A stretch of 57,909 nucleotides of DNA from a virus (lineage: Duplodnaviria; Caudoviricetes), in the IMG/VR virus record IMGVR_UViG_3300030430_001633, positions 1 to 57,909 of that record; one strand, written 5' to 3'. The notes beneath the pieces were generated by a model. That model saw nothing but the letters and a program-made list of their open reading frames with translations. It searched no databases and was not told the origin of the DNA. The first letter of the stretch is position 1; each line of letters starts with the position of its first letter. The translations under genes were made by a program, and so were the position numbers. Shown here piece after piece: positions 9,310-18,791 of the stretch.

Positions 9310-9768
9310 TTATTCGGAGTTGTTTCCGCTTCCGAAAGTTACACGAGATTGCCGCTCAGGTTTACTGATCGGCATGGATGGATGTTGTTCCCGCATAAGG
9401 TCATTGTCAACGGCAGTCATTTGATCACGCGTTTGACCGCGATAATAAGCATTGCGCTGTTCTCTAGACTCTACGGGGAACCTTGCGAGCACCAAACCGC
9501 CTACCCCAATCACTCCGGCGTGTTTGCCATCTTGAACAGTAGGGGCTTCAAAGTCTGGGTACTCTTCGGCGCGAACAAGATCAAAGCCTTCGCGTAGGCG
9601 AGCAGATAAGTTTTTCTTATCATCGTAACCCATGACTGATTCACGGATCCAACGATGAACAAATCCCTCTGGAGGATCTGGAGCGTCTAGTTGAGACGGT
9701 GGACGCCACGGTGTAGCGCGGCTAGTTTTTTCCCTAGTCTGGGAAGTGCGTGGGGTTCTTTCGGTCAT
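9310..9768 (-). CDS. Conserved head-module protein
   Basis: WRPPSQLDAP.PP.GF.HRWIR motif; between scaffold and capsid genes. Confidence 0.7.
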   Translation of the reverse strand: MTERTPRTSQTREKTSRATPWRPPSQLDAPDPPEGFVHRWIRESVMGYDDKKNLSARLREGFDLVRAEEYPDFEAPTVQDGKHAGVIGVGGLVLARFPVESREQRNAYYRGQTRDQMTAVDNDLMREQHPSMPISKPERQSRVTFGSGNNSE

Positions 9769-9776
9769 CACCTTCC

Positions 9777-10670
9777 TCACGATTCTTGCAGACGCAAAAG
9801 CTGTCTTGCATATTGTTCATTAGTTATACCAAGTTTACGAGCGATTGCAACTTGAGATTCTGTTAGCTTTACAGATTTTTTATTTGACCTTTGTGCATTA
9901 CGATTAGCACCGGCTACTACCGGCCCAGAGCTTCTGGCTTGTTTAGCCCCGAACTTGTGTGGAAACTCGCTGCGTATCCGTGTATCGAGCTCTTGGTAGT
10001 ACTCATCACTCTGTGGGTCAAAACCCTCAGTTTCTATCAAACTTTTGTGGATACTAAAAGCTGTCAGAGTCATCGGTTCATCTGTACCAAACCATTCATT
10101 CTTATCAGCCCACGCCTGCGCTTTAGGGTCAATCTGAGCTGGTGCCTGTGGCTGTGCTACCTGAGGCTGCTCTGCGACTTGTTGCGCTTGTGCCTCGCGT
10201 TGTCGCTTAACATAAGCAAGCCGCTCGTTATCTTGCGCTAATTTTGCTAAAGCTGTTTGTGCTTCTACCTGTGCGTCAATATCTCCACGATCAATTGCTT
10301 CACGCAAACCATTGCGTAAAGATTGTTCCTGATAAGCTACACGGTTCTCAAACTCAGTAACAAAAGACTCATCTAATGATTGAGTTTTCTTGGATGAATC
10401 ATCGAGTTGTTTTTGTACAGACTGAGCGTATTCTAGTGCAGCTTTTTCTCGTCTTTCAGCTTCACGCATTTTTGCTGTGAGCTTACTAATCCGTTTCTGC
10501 ACACTTTCGCTATACGACTCTAATTCATCATCAGAGGCTTTTGCTTGTTCTTCTACAACCTCAGCTTCTACAGATTCTTCTTGAGGTTTTTCTTCTTTCT
10601 CAACCTCAACTTCTACTGTGTCTTCTTCAAAGAGCTCGTCTTGGGCTTCTTTTTGCATGGTAGACTCCAT
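9777..10670 (-). CDS. Capsid scaffolding protein
   Basis: Acidic coiled coil, DPKAQAWA..N.WFG, C-terminal VKLTESQVAIARKLG. Confidence 0.7.
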   Translation of the reverse strand: MESTMQKEAQDELFEEDTVEVEVEKEEKPQEESVEAEVVEEQAKASDDELESYSESVQKRISKLTAKMREAERREKAALEYAQSVQKQLDDSSKKTQSLDESFVTEFENRVAYQEQSLRNGLREAIDRGDIDAQVEAQTALAKLAQDNERLAYVKRQREAQAQQVAEQPQVAQPQAPAQIDPKAQAWADKNEWFGTDEPMTLTAFSIHKSLIETEGFDPQSDEYYQELDTRIRSEFPHKFGAKQARSSGPVVAGANRNAQRSNKKSVKLTESQVAIARKLGITNEQYARQLLRLQES

Positions 10671-10673
10671 GGT

Positions 10674-11108
10674 TTAAACGTGCAAAATATCTTCGGGGTC
10701 ATTGATAGTGGCAAGGATCTCGTCATCATTAAGAAGACGCACCTCACCACCTTCAATCTTAAAACGACTTCCTGCGTATCTACCAAAAATCACCCAGTCA
10801 CCTTCTTCACACCAAGGTTTCCAGTTCTTAGTAGGATCCACAGGGTCACCAAATTTTTGGGGATCTTTGTATGCAAGGGGGCCGACTTTGAGCACAAAGC
10901 CACAAACTGTAGCAAGTGCCTCGCGTTCTATCGCTTGGTCGGGTAGGATAACGCCGCCGTCTGTTTTCTTTTTACCCTTAAAAGGTAATATCAAAATACG
11001 CCAGCCTGTCGGTTGCGGCAGTTTTTCTAAGGCAGGGGTTTCGGGGGTTTTTGCTTCTTTAGCTTTTTGTTTAGCAATATAATCTGGTACGAGAAGTGTT
11101 TTACTCAT
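10674..11108 (-). CDS. groES: Co-chaperonin GroES-like protein
   Basis: PTGWRILI...TDGGVILP...VLKVGP...GDWVIFGRYAG...LLNDDEILA. Confidence 0.85.
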   Translation of the reverse strand: MSKTLLVPDYIAKQKAKEAKTPETPALEKLPQPTGWRILILPFKGKKKTDGGVILPDQAIEREALATVCGFVLKVGPLAYKDPQKFGDPVDPTKNWKPWCEEGDWVIFGRYAGSRFKIEGGEVRLLNDDEILATINDPEDILHV

Positions 11109-11301
11109 CTATATCTGACACCTTTTTTAGCAGGTCTTTAAGATCCTGTTCAGTTTGTGCAAGTTCACCGAGACGAGCTCGGAGTTCCTTGAAAGCAGTA
11201 AAGTCCGCTACAGCACCATGACAAATGGTTTCTTGTATTGAACTTTTCCGTTCGCGCATCATCTTAAGCATATTTTCATATATGTAAAGATCATTCGACA
11301 T
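11101..11301 (-). CDS. Hypothetical protein
   Basis: 66 aa, coupled ORF. Confidence 0.6.
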   Translation of the reverse strand: MSNDLYIYENMLKMMRERKSSIQETICHGAVADFTAFKELRARLGELAQTEQDLKDLLKKVSDIDE

Positions 11302-11743
11302 CAGTCAACGCTCTCATGCGTTTTACGAGCCGTTTAGCTCTATTCGGCACTTGATCGTGCCAGCGGCTATCTACCATCTCATCAGCAGCGCGATTCCAAT
11401 CCCGTGCATCCACACCAGCTTTCATACCTTTAAATTTAGATAAGCGTGGTCGCCCCATGTTGAACATCATATTCGCGATGATAAGTTGGCACTCTTCTGG
11501 CAGCTCATCAAAATCATCATACAAAACTTTGCACTCATCTAGAGTTGAAGCGATGTCGAGACTAAATACTTGGCGTACTCGCTCTTCATCTACAGGGGTG
11601 CCTACCGCCTGACCATACTCAGGGTCTTGTTCTACTACGAGGTGGCCGATGCCGAACGTCGGCAACCCTAAATGATCAAGATACACTTCAAACTTACAGC
11701 CTTCATCCTCTGCAAGTTCTTCACGCAATTTGTCTTTGTTCAT
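11291..11743 (-). CDS. Lysozyme / endolysin (GH24, T4-lysozyme-like)
   Basis: EDEG...YLDHLG.PT.GIGH catalytic E-D-T pattern; NM.FNMG; SRW..QVPNRA. Confidence 0.9.
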   Translation of the reverse strand: MNKDKLREELAEDEGCKFEVYLDHLGLPTFGIGHLVVEQDPEYGQAVGTPVDEERVRQVFSLDIASTLDECKVLYDDFDELPEECQLIIANMMFNMGRPRLSKFKGMKAGVDARDWNRAADEMVDSRWHDQVPNRAKRLVKRMRALTDVE

Positions 11744-11892
11744 TTTTTCCTCTTACTCGCCGCACCACCACGTTTTTTAGCAGTTCGTGCAGCAGCCTTA
11801 AAATCTGCTGCGCTTGGTGCGCCCTTCTCTCCGGGTTTCCGCATACGCTTACCGCTTTTTCTGCGTTTGTGTATGTTTCTGTACAAACTCAT
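11740..11892 (-). CDS. Small basic protein (50 aa; not in ORF track)
   Basis: Manual translation MSLYRNIHKRRKSGKRMRKPGEKGAPSAADFKAAARTAKKRGGAASKRKK; ATGA overlaps. Confidence 0.6.
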   Translation of the reverse strand: MSLYRNIHKRRKSGKRMRKPGEKGAPSAADFKAAARTAKKRGGAASKRKK

Positions 11893-12293
11893 TTTGTTAA
11901 CCCTTTCGCTTTCTCATATGTCCGCATACCACCTAGCCCCAACATACCCATCAGCACTGTAAGTAAACTGCCCATATCAAACTCTGGGAGTTGTTCTGGT
12001 GTTACAGGTATTTCGGGGAAGGTCATCATCGCAAACACCACTATCGGGTGTAGGATAAAATGATAAGCAAGAGCAACACCACAAGTCCAGCCGATAAAAG
12101 GTCTCCAACCCGCAACGAATATACTTCTATGCTGAGCTTCTGCTTTATTGACTTCCACTTGAGCCATCGCTGACTCATGTGCATGTTTTTCAGCCATTGT
12201 AGCAATTTCATGAGCTAACTTCGCCTTCTGATCTTTGTCTTCAACAAACTTATCTAGCAGCCCTGTAACGGGGCCAATCAACGCTTGAATCAT
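11889..12293 (-). CDS. Holin (GTA 3-TM holin-like)
   Basis: FVAGWRPFIGW.CG...LMGMLGLGGMRTYEK; next to lysozyme. Confidence 0.8.
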   Translation of the reverse strand: MIQALIGPVTGLLDKFVEDKDQKAKLAHEIATMAEKHAHESAMAQVEVNKAEAQHRSIFVAGWRPFIGWTCGVALAYHFILHPIVVFAMMTFPEIPVTPEQLPEFDMGSLLTVLMGMLGLGGMRTYEKAKGLTK

Positions 12294-12526
12294 CTGTCAT
12301 ATATCCTTACTGTTTTAGGGTCTACGGTACGGGGTACACAATAAGCCGTAACTCTATCCTTTGGGTCTAAATACGCGCTGTATTGATAATTACCATACCG
12401 CTTCACTACTTGACTCGCATACCAGTTGCAATCTGTAATAGATCTCCAATACATATTTCCAGATTCTAGTTTGCGAAACTCACCCGTGCCTAAATACACA
12501 AGTAACAAAAACACATCCACGGTCAT
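12290..12526 (-). CDS. Hypothetical protein
   Basis: 78 aa, hydrophobic N-terminus, AYCVP. Confidence 0.55.
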   Translation of the reverse strand: MTVDVFLLLVYLGTGEFRKLESGNMYWRSITDCNWYASQVVKRYGNYQYSAYLDPKDRVTAYCVPRTVDPKTVRIYDR

Positions 12527-12528
12527 GC

Positions 12529-12735
12529 TTATTCGCCTTTGTGTTCATGCCCCATCCATATCCCAAAAACACCAGTCATGACACCCATCACAACAGAAAC
12601 AAAAGCAGACTGTGAAGCTGTTGGCTCTGGTAAAGACATAAACCATTCAGCACACCGCCAAGACATAGCTGTGCTTACCAACATCATAAAACGTGGCAGA
12701 ACCTTCCATTTAAGGAACTGCTCAACAGTTATCAC
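12529..12735 (-). CDS. Small 2-TM membrane protein
   Basis: LPRFMM...WF...Q.AFVSVVMG. Confidence 0.6.
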   Translation of the reverse strand: MITVEQFLKWKVLPRFMMLVSTAMSWRCAEWFMSLPEPTASQSAFVSVVMGVMTGVFGIWMGHEHKGE

Positions 12736-13088
12736 TTAACACCCCTAAATTTTATTCCCCGTAGCGCAGCACCAGCTCCCCGTGAGATACCAGCATTTGT
12801 AGCTCGATTGCTAGTAGCATCCATCACAGCTTCGCCGCCTGAGGCGAGCTTGACGCCCCTGCCTTTGAGAATATCTGCCCGAGTGACTTTACCATCGCCT
12901 GTAAGGTCAGGGAATCCACCTTTTTTCATTTTCACTCTACCGCCTCCTGCTTTCTTTTTCCTCCCTGTTTTAGCATCATAGCCAAACTCGAGGAACATCA
13001 TTTGCTCAATCTCTTGTACCTTATCATCATCGCCAGCGGCAATGGCATCATTAAGCTGGTCTTTAAGTTGTGCTACTCGTTCTGACAT
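12732..13088 (-). CDS. Small virion-associated protein with xxGG motifs
   Basis: KAGGG, MKKGG, LASGG, PDLTGDGKVT, RGAGAALRG. Confidence 0.6.
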   Translation of the reverse strand: MSERVAQLKDQLNDAIAAGDDDKVQEIEQMMFLEFGYDAKTGRKKKAGGGRVKMKKGGFPDLTGDGKVTRADILKGRGVKLASGGEAVMDATSNRATNAGISRGAGAALRGIKFRGVK

Positions 13089-13098
13089 TTAGGCCTCC

Positions 13099-14136
13099 TT
13101 AAATACCCACTTTGGGTGTTTGCGAACCAAGCATCTGCTCACTATAAAATTCAAGCAAAGTTTTATCAGTGAGCGGGTCGGCAAACCCACCCATAGGCTT
13201 ATCGCCCACTCTTTCCGGCATCGGGTTGTCGCCAAACATAGTAATAAGTGGCCTTGTATCAACGCCTTCAAATACTGATCGTGTAGGTGGAGTGAACACC
13301 CCAACATCTGATTGACTCTGCAGATAATTATCTATCTTGGCACGATTAAGATCTCTTGCTTTATCGCGCTCATACTGCTCCCCAAACATCCTATCCATGC
13401 GAGCATCAAACTCTGCATCAGTCTCTGCGGCATAATCAGGAGGAACAGATGTTGGTCTTGCTGCTATTCTAGTAAAACCACTCGGTGCGATAGTATTAGG
13501 TGTAAACTCTATTTCTGGTATTGGCGCATCATCTGGGCGACCTGTAAACTCGATGGAGGGTATCGTCTCGTTTACCGGAGATGCTGGCTCTGTGGCTGCT
13601 TGATTAGCTGCGAGACGGTTCGCAATAGTTACAGCTAATTGCGATGCCTGAGGCAAGCCAAGAGCTGTTGGCACTGCACTCAATATACCTAATGGGGTTT
13701 TTCTTCCTGGAACCACATTATCATAAACATTTTTTAAAAACGGTTTAGAAGTATCATACCCTATGGCTTTAAGTGCTTTGTCACCCACACTCGGTGAAGT
13801 AATACCAAAGGCCTCTTGTTTATCGCCATAACGATTCGCTAAAATATCTTGGGCATTTTGATTTGTATAGCTGTCCGCAAAAACATTTACGCCAGCATCA
13901 ATATCACGATTAATTTTTTCTACGAGTGCTTCAATGCCTGAAGGCTGGTTACCCTCTGTACGGCTTCCAGGACCGTCTTGCCGACCTCTACCCGCACTAG
14001 ACCTGCTGCTCCTACCTGCGCTGGCGCGGCCTCCCCCTCTACCACCACGGGGTCCTCCCCCACCACGCGAGCTGCTTCTGCCAGAAGGGTCTCTCGCCCT
14101 AGAAGATTCCCTTTCCCCCGCAAAACCGCGTGGCAT
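13099..14136 (-). CDS. Hypothetical protein (disordered RG-rich N-terminus), probably virion
   Basis: 345 aa, coupled to portal stop. Confidence 0.6.
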   Translation of the reverse strand: MPRGFAGERESSRARDPSGRSSSRGGGGPRGGRGGGRASAGRSSRSSAGRGRQDGPGSRTEGNQPSGIEALVEKINRDIDAGVNVFADSYTNQNAQDILANRYGDKQEAFGITSPSVGDKALKAIGYDTSKPFLKNVYDNVVPGRKTPLGILSAVPTALGLPQASQLAVTIANRLAANQAATEPASPVNETIPSIEFTGRPDDAPIPEIEFTPNTIAPSGFTRIAARPTSVPPDYAAETDAEFDARMDRMFGEQYERDKARDLNRAKIDNYLQSQSDVGVFTPPTRSVFEGVDTRPLITMFGDNPMPERVGDKPMGGFADPLTDKTLLEFYSEQMLGSQTPKVGI

Positions 14137-16520
14137 TATTGTCCCCTCTGGTTTTGTTGCTGCCGTTGAATAGCGATCTGCGCTCGCATATTGGCAATAT
14201 CCTCTGTTGAAGCTATGCGCTCACGGGCGATATCAGCATTTTCTTGGCGAGCTTGTGCATCAAGCTGAAGTTTTTGTTGGTCGTTCTGGTTATCCATTTG
14301 CATTTCACGTTCGCGCAATGCCAACTCTTGTTTCTTAATTTCTACCAGCGGGTCACTCTGTGGCTGCGGCGGCTGCTGTTGCTGGAACTCTGCCATAAGC
14401 TGCGCTTGGATTTGTGCAATAGCTGCGGCCTGTGCTTCAGGTGGCTGTTGCTGCATCTGCGGGTTAGTAGCCATTTGTTGTTGATAAACAACTTGCGCCT
14501 TCATACCAATATGCTCGTAGATATGTTTTTCTAACGTCAGCAATATCGGCGGCTGCATTTGCGCTACCCGCGATTGCATATAAGCTAAATGCACAGCGAT
14601 ATGTGCATCATGGTCTTGGTCTGGGAATGCTTGCATTTTACCCTGCCCACCAGCCGCCTGACTGGCAAACTGGTTTTCAGCAGCAGGATCCATCGGCTGT
14701 GGTTGTGGCTCAGGTTTCAAAACCTGCTCAACATTATCTACACCTAATGCTTCGTATACTCGGCGATATGCCTCACGCAAATTGTGCATCTCTGGTGCAG
14801 CGGTAGCTAATTTGAGTTGTTCCTGTGCTAAAACTACCCTTTGTGACATACTGAAGATATTTGGGTCACTCACGGGGATAATATCTACCCGTGCGTCAAA
14901 ATCAGTAGCCTTAATCTGCACATCGGGGCGAACTTCGTATGGATACGGGGTAGGGTCTTCAGCAAATAACCGTGCAAGCATCTTTAATTCTTGTTTCAGG
15001 CTCGTATGCAGCCTTTTATGCACCGCACTTATGATTTTTGCGCCACGTTCTAGTAGTGCGATGGTAGTGCCAACCGGCATCTCTTGTCTGCTATCACCAA
15101 CACCAATATCTGTAGTGCCAATAAATCGTTGGGCAGACTCAATTACAAAACCCATTAGCTGAAACAGTGTGCCAGACGGCTCTTTGTAGGGCAAAGCCAT
15201 CAAACTTGTGCGAATATCGCCTCCAGGGATGTCAATATCCCTAAATTCTCCCGGATGGAGAGGCATTTGTTCATCGGCAATCCGCAACCCGCGAGCTTTA
15301 AATCCTGCTGGCATATTACTCAGCGTTCCAGAGTCAATAAGCTGCCGTAAATTGGCCGTAGCTGTCCTACTCAAGTTTCCAAGCAGGTGAATTAGGCCAA
15401 AACCATAAAAACCAAGTCCTGGAGTGAACTTATATTGAACAAAATGAGGTATTTTCTTCTTCATTTTATCATTTTGTGCAAAATTTCGCCGCACAGACAA
15501 AACTTCGTCACTATCTGCGCTCACTGTGGCGATATAAGGCAGTTTTATGCCTGTTTCTTCATTATCCTCGCCTACATCGGGATATTCTTCAAGGTCTAGA
15601 TAACAATGGCACTCATACAAAGTTACTTCTTCGCTATCACCAGCAGCTTCACGGCCTGATAATTCATCATAAGCCTCGCGCACATCGTCAGTTTCGGTAG
15701 TATTATCGCCTTTTACCTCTAAATCGCGGTAAAAACCGTTTACTTGGAGTTTACGAAGTTCATTTTTTGACATCCGAATGATGTGAGTCACACGTTCTGC
15801 TGATGCCAAATCAGTTGCCGTGTACGGTGCAACAATATCTTCAGCCGGAACAAACTTACTTACCGGCCTACCGAGCACATCATCACGGTAAATTTTCTTA
15901 AAAGCACTGCCACTCAAGCCCAAATAGTAAAGCATCTGGTCATATTCAGGCTCGTATTCTTCCATCTCATACATAATTTGGTAATTCATGTAATCTTGGA
16001 CGCGTTTTGCCTGTGCTTCTACTTCTGGAGTAGCTTCACCAACAATATTTCCGCGCACTGGCCCACCACTGGGCAACATCTCTTTATATGCACCAGCTTG
16101 AAACTGCGTTACAGCTTCATTTAATATGGGGTGGATAACACCAGTAGCACCATCAAACGGTTCAGTACGGTTCTCATACTTCAAACCGAGTAATTCTAAA
16201 CCGTTTGTATAAGTTTCTACCCATTCATCACGGCTAGTCTTATCATCATCAACACTTTGACTCACATAACTAGCAATATCAGCTAATGTATCATCACTCA
16301 GTGAATCTACCAGATTGCCATAAAAATCATCTGGCTCTTCACCCACTGGGCTATCTTTACCAAAAACTACCTCTACACCACCTTCTTCAGACGGCTCAAC
16401 TGTAATTTCTAAAAAATCTGCTTCTTTCTCAAGCAGGGCATCTTCTACACCACTAAAGGTATCATCAGGGGCTTGGATTAAAGAACGGTCAATGTTACTC
16501 GGGCGCGGGTTTGTTGCCAT
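14136..16520 (-). CDS. Portal protein
   Basis: 794 aa directly after TerL; LPSGGPV, LSGSAFKK, PGLGFYGFGL, LRQLIDSGTL; Gln-rich coiled-coil C-terminus. Confidence 0.85.
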   Translation of the reverse strand: MATNPRPSNIDRSLIQAPDDTFSGVEDALLEKEADFLEITVEPSEEGGVEVVFGKDSPVGEEPDDFYGNLVDSLSDDTLADIASYVSQSVDDDKTSRDEWVETYTNGLELLGLKYENRTEPFDGATGVIHPILNEAVTQFQAGAYKEMLPSGGPVRGNIVGEATPEVEAQAKRVQDYMNYQIMYEMEEYEPEYDQMLYYLGLSGSAFKKIYRDDVLGRPVSKFVPAEDIVAPYTATDLASAERVTHIIRMSKNELRKLQVNGFYRDLEVKGDNTTETDDVREAYDELSGREAAGDSEEVTLYECHCYLDLEEYPDVGEDNEETGIKLPYIATVSADSDEVLSVRRNFAQNDKMKKKIPHFVQYKFTPGLGFYGFGLIHLLGNLSRTATANLRQLIDSGTLSNMPAGFKARGLRIADEQMPLHPGEFRDIDIPGGDIRTSLMALPYKEPSGTLFQLMGFVIESAQRFIGTTDIGVGDSRQEMPVGTTIALLERGAKIISAVHKRLHTSLKQELKMLARLFAEDPTPYPYEVRPDVQIKATDFDARVDIIPVSDPNIFSMSQRVVLAQEQLKLATAAPEMHNLREAYRRVYEALGVDNVEQVLKPEPQPQPMDPAAENQFASQAAGGQGKMQAFPDQDHDAHIAVHLAYMQSRVAQMQPPILLTLEKHIYEHIGMKAQVVYQQQMATNPQMQQQPPEAQAAAIAQIQAQLMAEFQQQQPPQPQSDPLVEIKKQELALREREMQMDNQNDQQKLQLDAQARQENADIARERIASTEDIANMRAQIAIQRQQQNQRGQ

Positions 16521-17983
16521 CAGTAATATATCCTTTGCACAGGAACAGCTTCATCTTCTTCATAATCTTCGGGGTGCTGTATAAATCCACCCTCTCTAAA
16601 TCTGCGTAAGGCTTGGGTAACTGTGTCAACGTAATCGTCGTGCTCTCCCGCAGGAAACGCCGCACACTCTTCTACGACTTCTTCTGCCCAACGTGTATCC
16701 GGAGCCCATACTAAACCACTTTCAAACAACGGCGCAATAGAGTTGACTCTTGTAAACTTATCGTTACCTCTACTCGGCGTATAATTCATCACAGGTATAC
16801 CCATATTGCGTAATTCTTGAGTAAGCGGCATACCACTGGCTTTTGCTTCAATCAATACACACTCTGGTTCCCAATACTTATACTCATCTAAAGCTAATCG
16901 CCGTAGCTCGGGGAAGTCCCACCTACCACGTTTAGCATCAACTAGAATAATGTTTGGTGGTCCACCTTCCTCTGGGTGGAAAACACCCCATGTGGTAATC
17001 GCACTGTAATCAGCAGTCTCTTTTTTACTAAACGCTGTATCATAAGACTGCATCACATATTCTAAACGTGGGATATCTTCTTTCTGCCACACCTGCCACC
17101 AATCACGTTTCAGTATCGCGGCAACATCGCCAGTAGGGTTCTGCTGCCATTGGGCTTCCCATTTACCTACTGACAAACTTCCCTTAACAGAAAGCAAATC
17201 TTCCTTTTTCCAAAACTCAGGCCAGAGGGGGTCATCACTCTCAGGCATCAAAGCAGGAAACTCTACTACTTCCCACTTATCTGCCAGTATATCTCTACCC
17301 TGCTGCTTTATCAATTTGCCCGTTAAATCATTCTCTGCCCAACGGGTCATAATTATTACGATAGCACCTCCCGGCTGCAAACGCTGGCGCGGCCCTGATG
17401 TATACCATTCATAAGCATGTTCTAATGCTGTGGGGCTAAGTGCATCTTGTTCACTGTGCGGGTCATCAATAATCAACAAATCCGCTCCACGACCCGTCAC
17501 CGCACCACCTACACCAGCCGCAAAATACTCTCCACCCTTACTAGTCTCCCATCGGCCAGCAGCTTGGCTGTCAGCGCGTAACTCTACTCCACTAAAAATT
17601 TTTGTATATTCTGCAGAGTTCATCAAATTACGCACCTTACGACCAAACCTAAAAGCCAACTCAGCCGTGTGCGTTGTCTGCATTATCTTTAAACGTGGGT
17701 TCTTACCCATCAACCAACTCGGCAATAAGTAACTGCCAAATTCACTCTTAGTATGGCGCGGGGGCATATTCACAATTAACCGCTTTAAATCCCCACTGGC
17801 TATGCGGTTAAACTTCTCAGCCATAATCTTATGGTGGCGGCCATTTATAAACTCAGGCCAAACCATTTTTACATACTGCATAAAATCATTCTGGCTGGCC
17901 TCTGCTTGGCTAATCTCTTTTGCACGGTCTAATAAATGGGCGTACTTCTTTAATTGCTCTTCAGGGACTAGCTGAATGTCCAT
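16520..17983 (-). CDS. terL: Terminase large subunit
   Basis: NMPPRHTKS Walker A, LLIIDDP Walker B, MTRW, SYDTA nuclease, HDDYVD. Confidence 0.95.
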   Translation of the reverse strand: MDIQLVPEEQLKKYAHLLDRAKEISQAEASQNDFMQYVKMVWPEFINGRHHKIMAEKFNRIASGDLKRLIVNMPPRHTKSEFGSYLLPSWLMGKNPRLKIMQTTHTAELAFRFGRKVRNLMNSAEYTKIFSGVELRADSQAAGRWETSKGGEYFAAGVGGAVTGRGADLLIIDDPHSEQDALSPTALEHAYEWYTSGPRQRLQPGGAIVIIMTRWAENDLTGKLIKQQGRDILADKWEVVEFPALMPESDDPLWPEFWKKEDLLSVKGSLSVGKWEAQWQQNPTGDVAAILKRDWWQVWQKEDIPRLEYVMQSYDTAFSKKETADYSAITTWGVFHPEEGGPPNIILVDAKRGRWDFPELRRLALDEYKYWEPECVLIEAKASGMPLTQELRNMGIPVMNYTPSRGNDKFTRVNSIAPLFESGLVWAPDTRWAEEVVEECAAFPAGEHDDYVDTVTQALRRFREGGFIQHPEDYEEDEAVPVQRIYY

Positions 17984-18200
17984 AAACTAAGGTTCCTCAA
18001 TAAAGCGAATATTTTATAAATATATCGAAAATTTTTCAAGGGCAATGAACCTATGACGTTTCAGCATCAACAGGGGTACGTCATCTCGGCTTTTGATCGA
18101 GTAGGGTCAATATCCTGAAACTTTTTTGTTATCACACGATTTGTCCAAAACTTGGCTATACACCGAGGTACAGCCAAGGGGACGGTCTCGCGGGGGCCAC

Positions 18201-18226
18201 AAAAAAAGCCCCGCGCTAGGCGGGGC
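18201..18226 (-). terminator. Intrinsic terminator of GA/TC-free gene
   Basis: gccccgc/gcggggc stem, T7 tail on minus strand. Confidence 0.85.
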
Positions 18227-18265
18227 CAAGGTGGCGGGGGTACCCTAGGCACCCCCGCGCTGCGG

Positions 18266-18709
18266 TTACTTGGTAGGCTGGGGCTGCGCTACCAGTTTAA
18301 CGTAGCCAGTGCCCCATACCGCGCTGCTAGGGCTGTAGCCGCCGTTAAGCAAAGCCAGCAGGCAAATTGGCTTTTTGCTGCTGTGGCCTAGCGGCTTAGC
18401 TGCGGCCAATATTGCGGCAAGGCTATTATTGCCGTTAACACCGTTAAGCAGCCAGCCCTGTATTGTGGCGCGCACGCCACCGGCCTTGCCGTTAAAGCCA
18501 AACGGTACAGGCTGCGGCTGGTCAAGCTGCACGTTTGGCAGCGGCACAACTTGCACATTATGCAGGTTGCCGCCCGCGTGCTGCTGCACAAACTGCCAAA
18601 TGCAAGCGTAGGTTAACTCGTTACCTGTGTGTTGCAGGGTTGCAGCCTTAACGGTGGCTGCTTTAACCGTGGCCTTTTGGGTGGCCTTACCCTTTTTAGC
18701 GTTTTGCAT
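18266..18709 (-). CDS. Hypothetical basic protein, paralogue A (GA/TC-depleted gene; only 1 Asp + 1 Glu)
   Basis: Own promoter, AGAAAGG RBS and terminator; clearly homologous to 19138-19557. Confidence 0.8.
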   Translation of the reverse strand: MQNAKKGKATQKATVKAATVKAATLQHTGNELTYACIWQFVQQHAGGNLHNVQVVPLPNVQLDQPQPVPFGFNGKAGGVRATIQGWLLNGVNGNNSLAAILAAAKPLGHSSKKPICLLALLNGGYSPSSAVWGTGYVKLVAQPQPTK

Positions 18710-18763
18710 TTTACAAGCCTTTCTTTGCTGTAATGCAGGTAAGCGTTATTGCTTACAATTTTT

Positions 18764-18791
18764 ATTATAAGCATTTAAAAGTCAATAACAA
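18764..18791 (-). promoter_or_regulatory. Sigma70-like promoter of paralogue A
   Basis: TTGTTA-N16-TATAAT on minus strand, AT-rich upstream. Confidence 0.55.
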
